From IMG/VR virus record IMGVR_UViG_3300045988_159051: a DNA stretch of 64,000 nt; one strand, 5' to 3'. The notes under the pieces are model-generated. The model was not told where the DNA came from, ran no database searches, and saw only the letters and a program-made list of their open reading frames with translations. Below, piece by piece: positions 30,803 to 41,337 of this stretch. This DNA is from a virus. Each line of letters starts with the position of its first letter. Within the stretch, counting starts at the first letter, position 1. Position numbers and translations under genes: made by a program.

Positions 30803-30983
30803 ATGATTCCCTTACTAATTCACAAGCCCTATTCAGACATTCTCTCAATTCTTCACGTTCAGTTTTTGTAAGTAATTTTACAGTAGGGATACATTCTATA
30901 TTGCAACTATCTTTAACATTTTTCTTTAATTTATTTTTATCTAAGGTTATACTAACTAATAATCTTTTATTAAACATATGCAA
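30777..30983 (-). CDS. hypothetical protein
   Basis: A 68-aa ORF. Confidence 0.25.
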   Translation of the reverse strand: MHMFNKRLLVSITLDKNKLKKNVKDSCNIECIPTVKLLTKTEREELRECLNRACELVRESYVRFYRRI

Positions 30984-31002
30984 CTCCCATTTAATTATAA
31001 TT

Positions 31003-31221
31003 TTATTGATTTATTAGTTCTTTTCTGGTTTTTATAAAAACAATATCTTTATTTTTTATATGATGTTTATTTATAAAATGGTTCATTTTGGGATAATCTA
31101 AGAAAAACCTATCAACAATAGTTTTACTATCTAGTCTAACTCTAATCCAAAATTTATGTTTCATAAAATCAAACCCTCTTAAATTTATATTATATGTTAT
31201 AAGGGTATTAAATTCATTCAA
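31003..31221 (-). CDS. hypothetical protein
   Basis: A 72-aa ORF. Confidence 0.25.
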   Translation of the reverse strand: MNEFNTLITYNINLRGFDFMKHKFWIRVRLDSKTIVDRFFLDYPKMNHFINKHHIKNKDIVFIKTRKELINQ

Positions 31222-31237
31222 TACCCTTATTGAATTA

Positions 31238-32731
31238 TTATAACATGTCTGACTCTACTATAACGTCTGCTACTTGATTAGCTATTTTCTCGATATTTAA
31301 ATCATTGTTCCCATTGAACATTTTACCGCCTAATGCTCCTGCTAATAATGCCTTAATATTTAATCCTGTAGATCCTTCTATCCCTTCCATTATCTTTCCT
31401 GTAGTCATCATTACATCTTCTACTAATTTAGCAGAGTTTCCTTCTCCATACATTGTTATACTATCAACATTTGATAATGGAGACGCTGCATTTTTAACTA
31501 TCTCTGGAAGCTTATCAACTATCATTTCTATTACAGCAGCTTGTTGCATCTTAGACATAGCTTCCGCTTTTCTATCTAAACCTTCTGCTTCTGCTAATAA
31601 TTTAGCTTTTATAGCTTTCGCTTCTGCTTCTCCTACCGCTGATATACCTTCTGCTTTCTTTTGTTCTGCAACTAATTCAGCATTTGCTTTTTCTCTTAAT
31701 ATTTCATATTCCTTTATAGCTTTATATTGTTCTACGTCTGCTATTTTTTGTTGTTCATAAGCTTTAGCTTCCGCATCTTTCATTCTTCTATATGTATCTG
31801 CATCTGCTTGTTTTCTGATATTAGCTTCAAGTTCTTTTTCTCTTACAAGTGCTTCTTTTTCTTTTATCTCTATAGCTTTTTCTTGTCTTATTATATTAGC
31901 TTCTGCTTGAACAGTTTCTAAAGTTTTTCTTTGTTGTTCTTGTTCTATCTCATATGCTGCATCAGCTTGAGCTTTCTTAGCGTCTTCTTTCATTCTTAAA
32001 TCTGCTTTCTTTAGAGCTAATTCATTATTTTTTATAGCTATGCTTTGTTCAGATTCAACCTGAGCATCATTGGCTTCTTTTCTAGCCATTGCTCTTGCTT
32101 TAGCTATTTCCTTTTCAGAATTAGCCTTAGATATTTCTGCATTCTTCTTTATCGAAACTATATTGTCTATCCCTAAGTTTTCTATTACTCCATTATCATC
32201 TATAAAATTTTGAACATTAAAACTTATTATTTCTAATCCCATTGCCTTTAAATCTGGTTCTGCATTTTCTTTTACTAACTCTGCAAATTTTTGTCTATCT
32301 TTAACCATCTCTTCAAGTTTCATACTTCCAACTATTTCTCTAACATTACCTTCTAAAACTTCTCTAGCTATACTTGCTATATAGTTAGTATCTTTACCTA
32401 AAAAGTTTTGTGCTGCCAACTTTATTAATTCTTCATCTTTGCTTATCTTTATATTTACATTAGAATCTACTCTAACATTTATATAATCTGCTGTTGGTAC
32501 TGTACTTGCTGTTTTTACATCTATTGGTATTAATTGAAGTACCAATTCATCTTTTCTTTCTAAAAACGGTACTTTTATAGTAGCTTTACCTATTACTACT
32601 CTTGGTTCTTTCCTAAGCCCTGATATTATGTATGCTTTATCTGTTGGGGCTTTTACATATCCCGTTGCTAATAATCCTCCTAGTGCTACAACACTAGTTC
32701 CTCCTACTATTACTCCTGTTAATCCAAACAT
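31238..32731 (-). CDS. Flotillin-like SPFH/band-7 protein (FloT/YuaG-like)
   Basis: The ORF is 497 aa. It has an N-terminal membrane hairpin MFGLTGVIVGGTSVVALGGLLATG, an SPFH core, then a long Ala/Glu/Lys-rich coiled coil (flotillin repeats). Confidence 0.7.
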   Translation of the reverse strand: MFGLTGVIVGGTSVVALGGLLATGYVKAPTDKAYIISGLRKEPRVVIGKATIKVPFLERKDELVLQLIPIDVKTASTVPTADYINVRVDSNVNIKISKDEELIKLAAQNFLGKDTNYIASIAREVLEGNVREIVGSMKLEEMVKDRQKFAELVKENAEPDLKAMGLEIISFNVQNFIDDNGVIENLGIDNIVSIKKNAEISKANSEKEIAKARAMARKEANDAQVESEQSIAIKNNELALKKADLRMKEDAKKAQADAAYEIEQEQQRKTLETVQAEANIIRQEKAIEIKEKEALVREKELEANIRKQADADTYRRMKDAEAKAYEQQKIADVEQYKAIKEYEILREKANAELVAEQKKAEGISAVGEAEAKAIKAKLLAEAEGLDRKAEAMSKMQQAAVIEMIVDKLPEIVKNAASPLSNVDSITMYGEGNSAKLVEDVMMTTGKIMEGIEGSTGLNIKALLAGALGGKMFNGNNDLNIEKIANQVADVIVESDML

Positions 32732-32780
32732 ATTTATTCCTCCAATTTCTTTAATATATTTTTAATATGATTATACTTTA

Positions 32781-32809
32781 ATTATAGTTCAATTTGTATA
32801 ATATGTCAA
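32781..32809 (-). promoter_or_regulatory. Sigma-A-type promoter of the conserved family upstream of the flotillin gene
   Basis: On the minus strand, TTGACA is at 32809-32804, the spacer TATTATACAAATTGAAC is 17 nt, and TATAAT is at 32786-32781. Confidence 0.55.
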
Positions 32810-32861
32810 TAGGATTTTAAATATAACCCTTTGATTAGGGTTATATACGTTTATCACATTT

Positions 32862-33092
32862 TTACATCCCTTTAATAAAGTCAAAGTCTTCAAAGTCATA
32901 ATCACTAACGATAACTATATTATCAATTCCTTCTTCTAATAACAGATATTTATTATTTTTTATGAATCCAATAGCATCGATATACTCTAATAATACATCT
33001 GAATTATCTTCTAATACATACATTTCCATAAAATCCATGCATGCCTCTTTTAAAGAGTATTCATTTTTATTATAAACAAGTGCATATTTCAT
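32862..33092 (-). CDS. hypothetical protein
   Basis: A 76-aa acidic ORF. Confidence 0.3.
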   Translation of the reverse strand: MKYALVYNKNEYSLKEACMDFMEMYVLEDNSDVLLEYIDAIGFIKNNKYLLLEEGIDNIVIVSDYDFEDFDFIKGM

Positions 33093-33113
33093 AATATCCC
33101 TCCAAATATTTTG

Positions 33114-33293
33114 TTATTTTATTTCAATATTTTTATTATTTAATATATCCCATAACTTGCTATCCAGCTTATCAACCTTATTTAACCATTTGGAGATATT
33201 TTTTAATTCACTATCACTTAGTTCATATATATAGTATTTATAATCCATTATTATTTCAGCCATCAATTTAATATCAGATTTTTTGAGTTTCAT
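33114..33293 (-). CDS. hypothetical protein
   Basis: A 59-aa ORF with an AGGAGG RBS. It is not in the ORF track. Confidence 0.3.
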   Translation of the reverse strand: MKLKKSDIKLMAEIIMDYKYYIYELSDSELKNISKWLNKVDKLDSKLWDILNNKNIEIK

Positions 33294-33379
33294 ATATCCT
33301 CCTAAATTTCTTATTTTTCTTATATTTTATACTATGCTTAAAGTTATTAAATATTACTATTTTTTAATATTTTATTTTT

Positions 33380-34280
33380 TATGATTTCAAGTAGTTTTCT
33401 AACTACTGATAAACCAAAGTGTAAAATCAGGAACTGTAAAATAGACGCAATTACCCCTTGTATAAAAAGTTTTAAAAAATAATATTAATAAAAATTAATA
33501 CATTTATTAAAACAACAAGAGGTAATTACTTAGCCTAACTGTGTAAAATCAGTATACTGACCCACTTTAACCTATGGGCTTGGCATCAGCAGTTCAACAT
33601 TGTCATACTATCTCAAATATGATCTAAAGCTACAAACGAAGTCATAAGTGCAGTTCAATACCATCTTCGTGTATGTTTCCATATCTCACCTTGCCCCCTT
33701 TGACCGTTTCCAGTCAGTTTGTTGCATTACAATCGTTGCAACCAGCACTTATCCCTAACTCATCAGGATTTTACCTTGCACGTTTCTCAACATTCTACGG
33801 TATCAACATTTTATCTGAAATATCAATCAAACTTACGTCACTACTTTTAAACTAGGTTGAACAACTAGAGTAGACCGAATTCTATTTTCTTGCTTAGGAA
33901 GAATTAATCCTTCGTTTTTATAGTGGTATCGGCATCCACTTGTACTACTAATAAATATTCAATTGTCATTAAATTCTGTTTAATTGCATTAAAAAAGACT
34001 TATCCCAACTATCATGGAATAAGTCTGTAAATGGCCTAAAATTATATAAAATTATACGAAAACACTTGAATAAAGTATACGTTTTATAGTATACTATTAG
34101 TATAATTTTAATAACAAAACTGTTGTATACTTTTAAGTATCGCCAAATACTTTCTAGTAACTTCAGTTTCTAAGGCTTACGGTTTACTTTAACTATTCGT
34201 GGTAGTTGAGTATTAATCAAGTTTAAGGTCGCCAAACCAAATAAACTTGACTGTAAGTCTTTTTTCTATGTAATTTTATA
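33380..34280. other. ORF-free, GC-elevated stretch; candidate large structured non-coding RNA or eroded remnant
   Basis: No ORF of 60 aa or more on either strand across about 900 nt, while GC is clearly higher than in the flanks. Minus-strand hairpins include GACUG-GAAA-CGGUC, and the motif GTGTAAAATCAG is repeated. Confidence 0.2.
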
Positions 34281-34378
34281 ATCTTATTTTACATCTATCT
34301 CCAAAAAAATGCAAACCATTTTTGTAAAAAATCAAAAATCACCCTAATTACTAGAGTGATTTCTATAAAATTCACATT

Positions 34379-34816
34379 TTATTCTTCTTCATTTAATATG
34401 TTAATGACTTGACTTAATATATCTTCCTTATTAACATTTCTTAATATTCTTGGACTATATGCATCTAGTCCTAATTCTGCAATTTTTTCATTTTTATTTA
34501 CAGTGTTTATAGTCTGCAAAGTTGCTTTATTTATTTTATCTTTTATCATATTAATTTTGCCATATAATACCTGGATAGATTTAAATTCATCTGAAACAAT
34601 TCGTCTTTCATTTTGGATCTTTTGTAATGCTTTTGCATATTTATATCCTTGAGATGCATTAAAAGTGTTTCCTTCTACAAAATGTAATAAATCTTCTCTT
34701 AATAAATCTAATCTCGATTTTTCATTTTTAATATCGTCATATGCTTTTTCTATTTTATTTATAACTCTTTCCAATTCTAAAGCCAGTTCTTTAACGTACA
34801 TATCTAACTCCTCCAA
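34379..34816 (-). CDS. hypothetical protein
   Basis: A 145-aa ORF. Confidence 0.3.
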   Translation of the reverse strand: MEELDMYVKELALELERVINKIEKAYDDIKNEKSRLDLLREDLLHFVEGNTFNASQGYKYAKALQKIQNERRIVSDEFKSIQVLYGKINMIKDKINKATLQTINTVNKNEKIAELGLDAYSPRILRNVNKEDILSQVINILNEEE

Positions 34817-35238
34817 ATTATTTAATTTCTATTATCTATCCATCTAGCTGCATTTTCAAAGCATTTAGTTATATTACTATCGTCAAACATCACATATCCT
34901 ATTGAATCAGTTATAGTTATTCCATTATCTGCTATTAACTTAAGGTTGTTTTCTTTTATAAAATCAGTGACTTTTAATACATTCATTGAAATTTTTCATT
35001 TGTTTAACCCTTTTCAATTTGTATAATATGTTTAACCAATATAAGTATAATATATCTCATCTTTACATGCAATGTAATTTGTATATTTTGTTTATAAAAA
35101 TAAAAGACTATCTTATCTTCACCTATAGATAGTCTTTCATCTGTTAGTTATAAAAGTTTTATAGATCATTGGAACATAATTAATTGGTAAGTTCTTTTAT
35201 AGGACTATCATATATTAAATTGTTTGTCAAATATTTAA

Positions 35239-36537
35239 TTAATTATAACTTATTTCTTTCCCTTCTTCTCTTATACAAACATAACTTGGAAATCTAAGAC
35301 TTTCAATTCCATTTTTATCTTTAGTAATCTCAAAATATCTTAATTCTACAACTCTACCTAGCAGCTTATCTCTGTTATCCCATATATATTTTCTGTCCTC
35401 ATCTGCAAACCCCGTTCCAATTCCAACAGAGTTTCCTTTAAAATCTACAACTAATGCCCCTAGCATATCTACATATTTTCCTGTGCCTTCTTGGAAGTCG
35501 ATAATTTTTAAATCCATTGTTTGCATTACTTTTAATTTAAGACATCCTTTAGAACGCTTGAATTCATAGGTCTTATTTGTGTTACACATAAGCCCTTCTG
35601 CACCCTTATTTCTATATTCATCAAGTAATTTTAATACTTCATCCATATCATTCCCTTGATATAATATTGGCACTATTTTAACAAATTCATTTTCAGATAT
35701 ATCATCCAATACTTTTCTTCTTTCTGAATATCTTCTTGTCCCCATTTTATTTTGATATTCTTCCATAGTTATAATATCAAACACATGGAAAGCTAATCCA
35801 GTTTTTACTTCATTTTTATTTCTTGCTCTTTTTATAGTTTCTTTATATACATTTTCATAACTACATCCAGTAGCTAAAAGTTCTCCATCTAATATAACAT
35901 TATTTAATCCTAGTTCTGATATAGCATTTTCTACTTGTATACAACCTTCAACCAGTTTCCCTTGTCTAGTATATAATTCTATGTTTCCTATATCATCTAT
36001 CATAGCCCATATTCTCATCCCATCTAATTTTTCTGTTATAAACATATTTCCAGATGGTGTTTTTTCAAAATCAAATTTTGAGGCCAACATACATTTTACA
36101 TCTACTCCTGTTTCTGAAGTAGGTATTAATCCTTTCCAAACTTTATTTATGGTCTTAGAGCTTATATTGCATCTTAGATCCTTTAGTATCATCTTTTCGT
36201 ATAAATCCCAATCTTCAATATTGGCATTTTTAAAAGCTCCTATTTCGTCTCTAAGGTTATCATTTATATTATTTGAAGATAATATATCCAGCAGTTCAAA
36301 TATGGTCTTAGAACTTGTATTATTACTTGATACACCACTAATTATTTTTTCTGATATCCCATATTTTTTATATGGGTTATAGGTGTATTCTAAAACCTTT
36401 TTTAATAATTCATTTTCAGAATTCATTTTTAATATACCTATTTTATCATTAGTTCCAGATGTTTCTCTTAGTAGATTTATAACTTCCTTTACTTGTTTCA
36501 TATTATTTACCCCTTTCTTAATATTATAGGCATCCAT
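35239..36537 (-). CDS. ATP-dependent DNA ligase
   Basis: Motif I is ITEKLDGMR (KxDG). LDGELLA, EGLMCN and CLKLK fit motifs III to V. Confidence 0.65.
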   Translation of the reverse strand: MDAYNIKKGVNNMKQVKEVINLLRETSGTNDKIGILKMNSENELLKKVLEYTYNPYKKYGISEKIISGVSSNNTSSKTIFELLDILSSNNINDNLRDEIGAFKNANIEDWDLYEKMILKDLRCNISSKTINKVWKGLIPTSETGVDVKCMLASKFDFEKTPSGNMFITEKLDGMRIWAMIDDIGNIELYTRQGKLVEGCIQVENAISELGLNNVILDGELLATGCSYENVYKETIKRARNKNEVKTGLAFHVFDIITMEEYQNKMGTRRYSERRKVLDDISENEFVKIVPILYQGNDMDEVLKLLDEYRNKGAEGLMCNTNKTYEFKRSKGCLKLKVMQTMDLKIIDFQEGTGKYVDMLGALVVDFKGNSVGIGTGFADEDRKYIWDNRDKLLGRVVELRYFEITKDKNGIESLRFPSYVCIREEGKEISYN

Positions 36538-36863
36538 GCAAATTGAAATCCTTTTACGCCCCTCATTATATAGGATTTCTTTAAATCTCTTAAGAATTGC
36601 TCTTTATCTGCTTGAGATTCATATGCTTTTATTATTTCTTTTTCATATCCTTCAAATATTTCTTCAAAGAACATGTTTTCGCTTACAATTACACTTATAG
36701 CTACAATATCTTTTGCTATAATCGCTTCTTTTAACCTATAAAATAAGTCTTCGATTATCATCATATTGCTGATATTTTTCTGAATATTTCTCATTCTAAG
36801 TTTGTTGGATTCTATTATATTTCCCCCAGGAATATAGAATTTTTCTAATGGTTTAATAAACAT
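36507..36863 (-). CDS. hypothetical protein
   Basis: A 118-aa ORF overlapping the ligase start. Confidence 0.3.
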   Translation of the reverse strand: MFIKPLEKFYIPGGNIIESNKLRMRNIQKNISNMMIIEDLFYRLKEAIIAKDIVAISVIVSENMFFEEIFEGYEKEIIKAYESQADKEQFLRDLKKSYIMRGVKGFQFAWMPIILRKG

Positions 36864-37046
36864 TTTACGTTCCCCTTTTAAATTTAAATTAAATTGTTAT
36901 AACACTTATATTATATATATATTATACAAATTTTATAAAATAAATAAATACCTATTTCGACAATTAATCCAAATATTTATTGTTCATATGTTCGATGTAT
37001 TTATATATTTTATTAGTATATCATAGACTTCTTATCATGACCCATT

Positions 37047-38228
37047 TTATTTAAAATTTTTTATATGTAAAGGCATGAATCCACCTTTATTATTAATATA
37101 ATCTCTAACCGCAGACTTTCCATTTATATCTAAAGAGTTAAAGTAGTTAACATTTTCAATACATGTTTGTACTAATTCTACTGTTATTTCTGCAACATCA
37201 TGAGTATCTTCTTTAAATTCTACTTCTTTAGCTTTTTTATTAGCGTATTTAGCTGCTTGATTTTCTTTTAGTAAACTCTCTAATTCTTCTGGAGTATAAT
37301 TTTGAGTTCTATCAGTTATGTTATGGAATCTAGTTTTAATTTGTTTATCTTGTTTATTTGTATTTTTGCTTTTAGTGTCTTTTTTAGACTCTTTAAACTT
37401 TTGATTATATTTTGCTAATTCATTCATATCAAAAACTTTATTATCATAAAATGTTTCAAGCATAGTTTTTATATAGTTATATTTTTTAGCAACTGAATCT
37501 TCTTTTGCTTGTATAAAAATATATTCAAATACTTCTAATGATATAAACTCTGTATATTGTTTTAATAATCTTATTGTATGTGGCATAACTTTTTTTTCTA
37601 ACTTAAAAGTTTTATATAGATTAATAACATCATTTTCATGTTTTGCTGTAACATCAACATCAACTTTTAAATCAGTATTACTAAAATCAGTATTACTATA
37701 CACGCTAAACGACTGTTCTTGAACATCCTTTACGACCGTTTCTGAACGGTCATTTTGACCGTTTATAGTGTTTTCAATACTTTCATCGTTATTTTTTCTA
37801 TACTTAGAAATTCTTTCACGTTCGTCTTTACGAATGACGTTAACCTCTTCAGCGAATGATTCAATATAAGAATCTAATTCGCTAACAGTGACTTGTACCT
37901 TTTTTGGATATAAATAATTTGATTTTCCTTGCCCTTTTTTCACTTCATCTAAAAGCTCAAAACTTACAAGTTCATCTCTTATTTTTCTAGCTTTCTTTTC
38001 GGCACATCCTAAAATTTTAGCCATAGATATTTGATCACATTTTATATATAGTCTATTTTGTTCATCAAACCATCCATTTCTTAAAGATAGAGAAACTCTA
38101 TCTAAAAAGAATCCATATAATATTTTTGCATCATTACTTAACCCATTATATTTTTTTTCATAAAGTAATGCTTTTGGTATTTGTATGTGAAGTTGTTTTA
38201 AATCTTCTTCTACTGTAAAATAATTCAT
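37047..38228 (-). CDS. Replication initiator, RepA_N-family N-terminal winged-helix domain
   Basis: The N-terminus YFTVEEDLKQLHIQIPKALLYEKKYNGLSNDAKILYGFFLDRVSLS fits the Firmicute RepA_N pattern. Confidence 0.45.
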   Translation of the reverse strand: MNYFTVEEDLKQLHIQIPKALLYEKKYNGLSNDAKILYGFFLDRVSLSLRNGWFDEQNRLYIKCDQISMAKILGCAEKKARKIRDELVSFELLDEVKKGQGKSNYLYPKKVQVTVSELDSYIESFAEEVNVIRKDERERISKYRKNNDESIENTINGQNDRSETVVKDVQEQSFSVYSNTDFSNTDLKVDVDVTAKHENDVINLYKTFKLEKKVMPHTIRLLKQYTEFISLEVFEYIFIQAKEDSVAKKYNYIKTMLETFYDNKVFDMNELAKYNQKFKESKKDTKSKNTNKQDKQIKTRFHNITDRTQNYTPEELESLLKENQAAKYANKKAKEVEFKEDTHDVAEITVELVQTCIENVNYFNSLDINGKSAVRDYINNKGGFMPLHIKNFK

Positions 38229-38701
38229 TTTGAAGCCCCCTTAAATAGAAATAGCCCTAACACGTGATGTATTAGGACTATTTGAGACCAAAACTTTAAA
38301 TAATTAATACTTGCATAAGTTAAAAATATATGTTAATATAACTATATAGTTAATCAAATGAATATTTTTGTTTTCTTGGTCTACAAATTGTCTAACACAC
38401 CTTTTCTGTGTTATTCAATAGATAAGTTGAGGTTTGCCGACCTTGACTTATCTAGTAGGCTTTTTATTTTGTCTAAAATACATTTTAAAATAAAAAACAA
38501 TATTTTGTCAAATTATTTTTTATCACACTTACATATTAACATATTATACAAATCAAGTCAACATAAAATAAAATTATTATTTAAAATGTGTTTTGTGTTC
38601 TTGTATATATTTTATTTTATAAAATACATTGCTATATAGAGTATAAAATGTTAAAATATGGATAAAGTTAGAGAACATTTATTTGATGTAGGAGATTCGA
38701 G

Positions 38702-39037
38702 GTGAAAATAAATAAAGAGACACTGAAGGGACATATAGATACATTAATATTATCTATATTAGCAAATGGAGATTGCTATGGGTATCAAATTGCTAAAGAT
38801 GTTAGATGTATATCTAATAACACTCTTCAACTTAAAGAAGGTACTATGTATTTATCATTAAAGCGTTTGGAAAACAAGGGGATAATAGAATCTTATTGGG
38901 GTGAGGAACAAAATGCTGGTGGTAGAAGAAAGTATTACAAGCTCACCGAAAAAGGGGAAGAAGTTTTTAAATGTAAAAAAGATGAGTGGATAATGTTAAG
39001 AAGTATTATGGATTTATTTTTGGAGAGGAATGATTGA
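38702..39037 (+). CDS. PadR-family transcriptional regulator
   Basis: LKGHIDTLILSILANGDCYGYQIAKDV...GTMYLSLKRLENKGII...RRKYYKLTEKG fits the PadR pattern. Confidence 0.7.
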   Translation: MKINKETLKGHIDTLILSILANGDCYGYQIAKDVRCISNNTLQLKEGTMYLSLKRLENKGIIESYWGEEQNAGGRRKYYKLTEKGEEVFKCKKDEWIMLRSIMDLFLERND

Positions 39038-39115
39038 CATAAAACGAATAGACAGATATTTAAATAAAGTATACAAAAGGGGAATCACAAAAAAACACGT
39101 GATCTTAAATGTGAG

Positions 39116-39385
39116 ATGAAACAACATTTATTAGATTTGGTTGAAGAGCTTAAAAACGAAGGATATAATGAATCAGATGCCATTGAATTAGCAATACATA
39201 GGTTTGGAGATAAAAATTCTTTGAAAAAAGATTTAACTTATTTCTTTAAATATCCTAAAAAAGTATTCATAGTAAAGATAATGGTTATGATTGGAATCAT
39301 ATTATGCTTACTGACATTATTCGCTAAGGATATTGGGTATGGACATGATTTAGAAAAATATAATAACCTAAAAGAATTTTTTTAA
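39116..39385 (+). CDS. PadR-associated small membrane protein
   Basis: It is downstream of and co-directional with padR, with a C-terminal TM segment. Confidence 0.35.
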   Translation: MKQHLLDLVEELKNEGYNESDAIELAIHRFGDKNSLKKDLTYFFKYPKKVFIVKIMVMIGIILCLLTLFAKDIGYGHDLEKYNNLKEFF

Positions 39386-39714
39386 ATATAGAAATTCCTT
39401 TAGAAAAATGTGATATTAATAATATAGATAACCATATTAAAAATAAACATATTAGTTATTTAAGAGTATTTGAAATATCAAATGATTCAGATATAAATTT
39501 AGATGATCTCAGGGTATTAACTAACGAAAAAGAAATCAATAGTAAAAAAATAAAATTAATATACTCATATGGGGACTTTGATAAGTCATCATATATGAAA
39601 GCTGTTATATATGATGAAGGTATACCTATGTGGTACATAGAATATGTGACTAAATCAACCGAAGTTTTAAAAATAAATGTTAAAATACTAATTTGTGTTA
39701 GTATTCTTTTTATA

Positions 39715-39750
<36 letters not shown>

Positions 39751-39817
39751 AAAATAAAAAGAGTGCCACACATGTTAAAATGGACCCTTTGTCAAGGACA
39801 CTAGAAAAAAAGGGTTA

Positions 39818-41143
39818 TTAAGAAGTTGCTAAAAGCTGATTTCTGTATTGTACAGGAGTCAGCTTTTTTAAATTCCACTGACAGCGGTCATTATTATAAT
39901 AATCCATATAATCATCTATCAATATTTTAAGTTCTTCTATTGTTCTACAACTTTTGTAATCAATTTCATCTTTCATATGTCCAAAGAACGATTCTTGTGG
40001 GGCATTATCCCAACAATTGCCTCTACGAGACATAGATTGACCTAATTTATTTTTCTTAAGTAATTTTTGAAAAATTGGGCTTGTGTAATGAGAACCTTGG
40101 TCAGAGTGAATAAATGCATCTTTATGTAGTTTAAATGATTTTAATTTAACTAATTTATTTATAGTTTCAGTTACAATATCTATAGCTAAGCTATTAGAAA
40201 GATTATATGCTAATATTTCATTTGTTGAAGAATCTTTTATCGTAGATAAGTATGCTATTTTATTATTGCCGTACGGCATATATGTAATATCAGTTAACAT
40301 TACCTTACCAGGTGTATTTTGTTTAAATTCTCTATTTAGCCTATTAGGAACTACTCTGTGTTCCTTTGTAGCTTTAGCGATACGTTTATATGGATTAGCT
40401 TTACGTATAGGACAAGTAATGTTATATTTTCGCATAATTCTTTGGATTTTCTTCCTATTCATTATGATATGAAATTTATTTTCTAATATCATTTTTATAG
40501 ACCTAGAACCTTTCTTGTATCCACGATAGTTAAATGCTTTTAAAATAATTTCTTTAGATTTAAGATCTTTATGCTCCTTTATTCTTCGAGCTCTAAAATT
40601 ACTTAGAAATTTATAGTAACCAGAAGCAGAGACATTAGCAATTTTGCATAAATGTCTCGTCATATTCTTAAGATTGAAATTTTTAATCAAATTTTGTATT
40701 AAATTAAATATTATAGATGATGGTATTTTTTTACTTATCACCTGCCTTTCTTGCAGCTCGAGCTTTTTTATTAATTCAAGCTCCGCTTTAAGATACGCTA
40801 TTTCAGCATCTTTCTTAGCAAGAATTTCTTCAACAGTTAAATCTCTATTAAGTGTTCTTCCTGAATTTAATGTTCTAGTATCTTCTAAACCTAAAACCCC
40901 TTTATCTTTATATGCTGCTCTCCATCTTAAACTAGCAGACTCTATGCGTTTAATTCCAATTACATCAACATCAAATCCCGCATCTTCAAAAATTTTTCTT
41001 GAAGTTTTTCCGTTCTCATATTCAGCAATAAACTGTAACTTAAATTCATTAGTATAAGTTATACCTTTCGAGGTTACATTTTTTACATATTTATTTTTAG
41101 ATAAATCTAGCATTTCTAGATCTGTAAATGTCTTTTTACTCAT
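39818..41143 (-). CDS. IS3-family transposase (fused HTH plus rve DDE integrase core)
   Basis: It has an N-terminal HTH and leucine-zipper-like region, and a catalytic core LTDITY...HSDQGSHYTS...CWDNAPQESFFGHMK. Confidence 0.75.
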   Translation of the reverse strand: MSKKTFTDLEMLDLSKNKYVKNVTSKGITYTNEFKLQFIAEYENGKTSRKIFEDAGFDVDVIGIKRIESASLRWRAAYKDKGVLGLEDTRTLNSGRTLNRDLTVEEILAKKDAEIAYLKAELELIKKLELQERQVISKKIPSSIIFNLIQNLIKNFNLKNMTRHLCKIANVSASGYYKFLSNFRARRIKEHKDLKSKEIILKAFNYRGYKKGSRSIKMILENKFHIIMNRKKIQRIMRKYNITCPIRKANPYKRIAKATKEHRVVPNRLNREFKQNTPGKVMLTDITYMPYGNNKIAYLSTIKDSSTNEILAYNLSNSLAIDIVTETINKLVKLKSFKLHKDAFIHSDQGSHYTSPIFQKLLKKNKLGQSMSRRGNCWDNAPQESFFGHMKDEIDYKSCRTIEELKILIDDYMDYYNNDRCQWNLKKLTPVQYRNQLLATS

Positions 41144-41185
41144 ATTATAATCACTCCTTGTTTAATATTTTATACAAAAAAATCC

Positions 41186-41285
41186 TATATAGATAGACAC
41201 TCTTTTTCTAGTGTCCACTATATAGGATCCATTTTATATAGATAGACACTCTTTTTCTAGTGTCCACTATATAGGATCCATTTTA
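41186..41285. repeat. Tandem duplication (2 x about 50 bp) of the IS right terminal inverted repeat
   Basis: TATATAGATAGACACTCTTTTTCTAGTGTCCACTATATAGGATCCATTTTA occurs twice back to back. Confidence 0.8.
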
Positions 41286-41337
41286 TGATTTTACACTCTT
41301 TTAAATAATTAAAATTAATTTATGTATGGTAAGGTAT

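Larger units (their letters stand above)
39776..41285 (-). mobile_element. IS3-family insertion sequence (boundaries approximate)
   Basis: The left end is TAAAATGGACCCTTTGTCAAGGACACTAGAAAAA. The reverse complement of the right end is TAAAATGGATCCTATATAGTGGACACTAGAAAAAG. The enclosed single ORF is a DDE transposase. Confidence 0.6.

Noticed and set aside
33673-33855. A 60-aa plus-strand ORF in the GC-elevated island
   Set aside because: It has no RBS or start context and the translation is low-complexity. The region is better explained as non-coding.
33380-34280. rRNA fragment or group II intron in the ORF-free island
   Set aside because: No recognisable domain V (GAGC...GNRA...) or rRNA signature strings were found by eye, so it is kept only as a generic structured-RNA candidate.
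38358-38639. A 93-aa plus-strand ORF upstream of padR
   Set aside because: It is an extreme AT-rich frame spanning the inverted repeat at 38421-38452, with an Ile/Phe/Lys-dominated translation and no RBS.
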